Under the pieces are notes generated by a model. It searched no databases. It had not been told where the DNA came from and saw only the letters and a list, made by a program, of their open reading frames with translations. From contig CM000435.1 in the NCBI GenBank assembly GCA_000165345.1, positions 1,184,001 through 1,248,000 of the forward strand: a stretch of 64,000 bases of DNA. Reading direction: 5' to 3'. Positions 60,801-64,000 of the stretch are shown piece by piece. Every line of letters starts with the position of its first letter. Positions within the stretch are counted from its first letter, which is position 1. A program made the position numbers and the translations under genes.

Positions 60801-63800
60801 ATTAAAAGCTTCCACTAGATTTGGGCTTTTACCAATCAAAACTATACAAATGCTGAAGGGAATTTGCTATCTAATTAACAACAAGAATAATGGAGAGGAG
60901 GCTGTATCAGTTACTTTCCAAACTATTCCTAGACTCATTAATCTTCTTCAAGTATCCCTCCAACCTATTGATTTACTTTCAATCGATGACGCAGCTAATG
61001 GGAACTTTTTAAAGCTTCAAATTGGTTCTAAAGAGTTTAATAGAGAAAATAAACAAGTAAACAAGCAATCAAAGTTATTTAGCTTTCAATTCCCGTGGAG
61101 CCACCAATCTCACAATATACCAATGTACTGGCTTGTTCCTCTGTTGGTTTCATGTCTTGGTTCGAAAACTCTTGTGGATCCGGCTACACAAAGAGATTCA
61201 GGTTTTTATTCTCCAGTGCTTAAAGGAATACAGGGATTCAACTTGGATGAGCTTTTTAACCTTGTATCAAAATCTCTAGAAATTGTCGAAAAGCAGCTGA
61301 AGTCATATCCAATTACTGCTCAAATTCTTGAATTTATTGTTACTTTACTTAACTTTTGTCCTGCTTCATTTTGGGGTCTTGGATGGGACAGACATGCAAG
61401 ACTTCTGCTTTCAACTTTGGAAGAATTTAGCTATAGTTCATCTACAACAAATAAGATTATTAGAGATATTCAGTTTCTAATTAATGACTGCATATTATGT
61501 CAACAATGCTCTGAAGAGTTGGAGCAGAGAGATTTATTTGGATTTTTTGGTAGGATCTCCAACTTCTCAATTCATACCGTTCTTTCTAGAATTTCAAGCT
61601 GGCAATTCAATTTGGAGTCAGAAAGGAACTTATTGTTTCTACGCTCACTTTCAGTGTTTGGATTACTATTAAACTCAATGGACTCTGCTACAATAATAAA
61701 ATCTGACGAAGATTATGAACAACAATTAAATGAAAACATGATAAAGTCTGAAGTTAAAGATAGCAACTCTTATAGCCTAAAAGATATTGTTCCCAGTATT
61801 TCAGGAATTGCATCGTCTAATCATCGTGCTATTATAGCTACTCTTTTAAAACACATCACTGAAACTGGCTTGATACCTTCATTACTTACAATACTGTCTT
61901 GTGAATACAGCATTCACTCCCAGTCATTTAGAAGGTCGCGGTATTCGCAGTTAGCAAAAGATGAATTGAATGATATTCCTGCTCCTTGGGAATTACTTAT
62001 TTCAAACTCTGTAGTTGCCCAGGCAATGGAAAAGAATGAATCTCTTTCCTTTACTCTCGCTCTCCATCTTCAACATTCAAACTCTCAAGTTATGTTTTTA
62101 GATAAACTCCTTGTTCCTACGTTCGAATGCAGTAATACTCTTCCTAACAGAAGCGGGGAATTATTCTCTTCTCCAGATGTTATCGTTGCTCAACAGGTTG
62201 TTACTGAAGTTCTCAAGGTAATTCAAAAATTGCTCAACTCCGTTGCCGATCTTCAAACTAGTTCAGATATGCTTTGCTCTCTAAGAACGGCTTTAGTTCA
62301 ATGGATTTTATCTTCTTCATCAAATCAAGGCTCTCATATTTCAAATAGTCTGCTGAATTCCCCAAAGTTTAGTTGGTCAGATACTGACATTATCGCAAAT
62401 CATATACATTCAAGAATATCACTGCTTTATCTTTCTAAGAAGCCAGTAATGAATTTAGTAAAGTCTTTATTTTCACTCATGCTTAGCTTTGTACCTTCAT
62501 CTATGGCCTCAAATACTCCAATTGTTGCAGCAAAGCTTCTCTCTTCATTCTGTTATATACTTTCATCAGAATCTTCCGTAAACAACTATGAGCAAAGCCA
62601 AGTACAAAACTCCAGATTGGACATAATTCTTGAGCAAATTCTAAAGCCATCTACATCTCTCGGCTCAATACAGCAAGATTTCTTACTTTCACTAACAAAT
62701 ACTAAACTATTTCCATTGCTGATCAAACTTCTATACCAAGAGCTTGACTTTGTACTTTTAGCCCCGATTTTCAGCTTCTTAAAGACCTTTGACTTTTCTG
62801 AAACTAAAATAAATAGCCAGGACAAAACCCCAATTGAATTTTGTAAAGTGGTTTTGGAACTCATTAACTTATTTTCTGCATCCCATCCTTCAATGCTTAT
62901 TGGATCAACTAAAAGCTTTTCTTTTGAAAGGCTAGATTATGTTTTAGCTCACTGTAAATCTAATCTCACTATTTGCTCTGGTAATCAGATTAATGGGTCT
63001 CCTTCATCCTCTTTTAGTAGAATCGGATTAATTTGCCATGCTATAGTTGGAATCCTTGAGAAATGTAATTCACTACTAACATGTATCAACAAGGCTAATC
63101 TAGTAATCTCCTCAAATCTGCTCAATATTTTACATCTAATTCCTCTTTCATTAAGTATATTGAACCAACTTTTTGAAAATACAAGATCAAAGGATTTCTT
63201 GATCAGGGAAATGTTTATTAAAACAAAAGATAAAGATGGCAGTCCATCAGCCACTTCAACATGGAATATTGTCATTTCAGTTACACAAAATCTAACTTCT
63301 CTTTGGAGTTGTCTTCAACTTGATTCCAATATCTCTCAAGCCAAGTTGCAATTGTTAACTATAATATCTTCATCTGTTGCATGTACATATCATTTAACAT
63401 CCAGGTTTATCAGTGTATCTACTCATCTGAGCTTTAAAAACTATGACAAACTTCCAGTTTTCCTAAGAGAACGAAAAATATTTGATTTTGTCAAGTACCT
63501 TGTTTCAGACAAAACTATAAATGAAATTCTTCACTCCTCCAAGAGCTCCAAGCTTATTTTTGGTTTATTCCTTAGATCCAATAGCCATTTTTCAGAAGTT
63601 GAAGATAAACTAGGAGTGCCAATTAAATATTGTGTATTCAGTAGAAAAAACTATGATTCCAGTAATGATTCAGAATTGGCTAAAACTCAAAGCTCATACA
63701 CAGATAATTCCTTGGAACAATTTGTTAACAAATATTACTTTGAAAGATACCTCAAATTCTCTCATTTGATCATTTCAAATGAGACAATTAACAATCTCAC

Positions 63801-64000
63801 AGAATTTAATATATCAAAGATTTGTGAGTTTAGAGATGAAAGTACTAAAGATTTGAGATCAAGTTCCTTTGATCCCAGCAGCCAAACCTTCAAGCTTCCT
63901 CCTTCCAGCAATAGTGAAACTTCTCAGCTTGCTACACTTGAAATGGTATGGGAATCTGGACAGCTTTTAGCTCCAAAACAACACTTTTCTCCAAACAATA
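57880..64000 (+). CDS. Giant (>2,030 aa) predicted alpha-helical protein, 3'-truncated by the window edge
   Basis: From ATG 57880 (MDRDRWIGLLRNC…; an in-frame TAA lies at 57832) the frame stays open to position 64000. Absent from the ORF track because no stop lies inside the window. Leu-rich helical-repeat character. No specific family recognised. Confidence 0.55.
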   Translation, partial: MDRDRWIGLLRNCNRSLLSFQVYANHQYTEKGSTQEIENLVLKDIPLVVRERIESYTKKSIIPQNISPESQIFSEKDVIKTISNCFQVESEEACRIFRGFNYLREGGFIIRFTNTDDQFLSKEIINRNGNDPEGKYSNAGTNSGGVLDCFFSDVDLISKIYDFILQEQLSLLDSVKFMYENANFEKEHSGYGAVLKKVCFGEVLWGKDQDQSTKEGIGKHSSSFNILDELWRWYSRLVNDQFVDFDNPELERVFGGPLLQAYSRQLLESNLLHTILVVLQAHKGYMGSLTGIQKKPETEVSSNNNNNRIPIGESLSRSSPLNRCRLIISELQSKCFLGSLYTLYSSNSGIGIGPLTFCDSSLAHSTSMIDQLRQTASNGVLLASSLILSFSPKEITINNEDLGFLINVIVTLLQSICSNDSGEVLCDIQQEKYNFSTPARAKADTFSRNAQKQLFIRGNLLLVHAKVVKPLLPALIFSYASIVVQTPNRDSLLAPILEAPSFFQSSAFSDSLESILHALSSQHPLKQYISVSLLSSCGLENKTTQNKTLDLDDAYFSEDFNSDNKKNIILGEAFGTYYQHLVLYSIIRNTVSTFSLNSLPLVARISKHLSFLLRKEPRLVYRECWRGDYFRQIGVHLIIELFMSSFPYGIVEFLDLLNSLVPDFNSISKFNQADIDMAKQSFKLFMTFLRTPIRNISFPPYLSSLGLSPIPVNNWNPDSIKNDSEFPELPLHLQVSRLETPDLALGASFSQASLAGTLEGCLLDFLEIKLNDVTPLSAGFPNARKCLTPLRVLPIGVAQSVPLKSLLIENSETSFSSPLWSNSPYGTSYDFPEVEMPPYYHIYNSRSKLEESKKVRSSDLLDINKLRLPSELNNNSTEIRLGDLDPFTIKFCCKNIQNPDSLPSLLKILLLIWESIGLSLSQFGGNLIKQHIEMLVSLSELIYRLASFHPSIIFVLDQEIFSWNALIPNATQQGLKASTRFGLLPIKTIQMLKGICYLINNKNNGEEAVSVTFQTIPRLINLLQVSLQPIDLLSIDDAANGNFLKLQIGSKEFNRENKQVNKQSKLFSFQFPWSHQSHNIPMYWLVPLLVSCLGSKTLVDPATQRDSGFYSPVLKGIQGFNLDELFNLVSKSLEIVEKQLKSYPITAQILEFIVTLLNFCPASFWGLGWDRHARLLLSTLEEFSYSSSTTNKIIRDIQFLINDCILCQQCSEELEQRDLFGFFGRISNFSIHTVLSRISSWQFNLESERNLLFLRSLSVFGLLLNSMDSATIIKSDEDYEQQLNENMIKSEVKDSNSYSLKDIVPSISGIASSNHRAIIATLLKHITETGLIPSLLTILSCEYSIHSQSFRRSRYSQLAKDELNDIPAPWELLISNSVVAQAMEKNESLSFTLALHLQHSNSQVMFLDKLLVPTFECSNTLPNRSGELFSSPDVIVAQQVVTEVLKVIQKLLNSVADLQTSSDMLCSLRTALVQWILSSSSNQGSHISNSLLNSPKFSWSDTDIIANHIHSRISLLYLSKKPVMNLVKSLFSLMLSFVPSSMASNTPIVAAKLLSSFCYILSSESSVNNYEQSQVQNSRLDIILEQILKPSTSLGSIQQDFLLSLTNTKLFPLLIKLLYQELDFVLLAPIFSFLKTFDFSETKINSQDKTPIEFCKVVLELINLFSASHPSMLIGSTKSFSFERLDYVLAHCKSNLTICSGNQINGSPSSSFSRIGLICHAIVGILEKCNSLLTCINKANLVISSNLLNILHLIPLSLSILNQLFENTRSKDFLIREMFIKTKDKDGSPSATSTWNIVISVTQNLTSLWSCLQLDSNISQAKLQLLTIISSSVACTYHLTSRFISVSTHLSFKNYDKLPVFLRERKIFDFVKYLVSDKTINEILHSSKSSKLIFGLFLRSNSHFSEVEDKLGVPIKYCVFSRKNYDSSNDSELAKTQSSYTDNSLEQFVNKYYFERYLKFSHLIISNETINNLTEFNISKICEFRDESTKDLRSSSFDPSSQTFKLPPSSNSETSQLATLEMVWESGQLLAPKQHFSPNN

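Noticed and set aside
1-64000. Start codons given in the ORF track
   Set aside because: Several track starts are TTG or GTG (1573, 8220, 9696, 30255, 44026, 49645, 55328). They were replaced by the first verifiable ATG. The track's 'M' is not evidence of ATG.
1-64000. Prokaryotic features: operons, CRISPR arrays, IS elements, rho-independent terminators
   Set aside because: Gene content and structure are eukaryotic (spliceosomal introns, nuclear proteins). No direct-repeat/spacer arrays, no transposase or integrase ORFs, and no inverted terminal repeats were seen.

Overview
The window is AT-rich (roughly 30% GC), gene-dense and almost intron-free, with about 35 protein-coding genes in 64 kb on both strands and short intergenic spacers. 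The organisation is eukaryotic, not prokaryotic: no operons, and nuclear housekeeping proteins (eIF2-alpha, FACT/SSRP1, U1A, LSm8, RLP24, RBM39-like, bromodomain, eIF3-like). AT-richness, compaction, rare short introns with GTAAGT donors and a GGCGCC/GGCGGG (E2F-type) box in almost every 5' spacer fit a Cryptosporidium-like apicomplexan; this is an inference from sequence, not a database hit. Products I can recognise from motifs are dUTPase, D-aminoacyl-tRNA deacylase, eIF2-alpha, SSRP1/Pob3, RLP24, LSm8, U1A/U2B'', an RBM39/CC1-like splicing factor, a bromodomain protein, Rab-GGTase alpha (PPTA repeats), an ankyrin/lysine-methyltransferase fusion, a WD40 protein, a CtIP/Sae2-like protein, an RMI1-like OB-fold protein and a 2H-phosphoesterase-like protein. 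Two secreted cysteine-rich proteins resemble oocyst-wall (COWP) repeats. One giant gene carries an internal KE repeat array; a second giant gene runs off the 3' edge. The most striking single gene is a secreted protein with an unmistakable Hedgehog-type Hint autoprocessing module (CFPG...SPNHLIF...YAPLTTDGYLIVNGVLVSSY). At regulatory level, palindromic E2F-like sites, often paired, are frequently accompanied by a TATACCGG(T/C) element, and TGCATGCA-type clusters mark a separate promoter class. The supplied ORF track uses TTG/GTG as well as ATG starts and cannot represent spliced or edge-truncated genes; I corrected starts where I could verify an ATG and resolved or flagged three spliced genes. 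No rRNA, tRNA, CRISPR array or transposon was found by eye.
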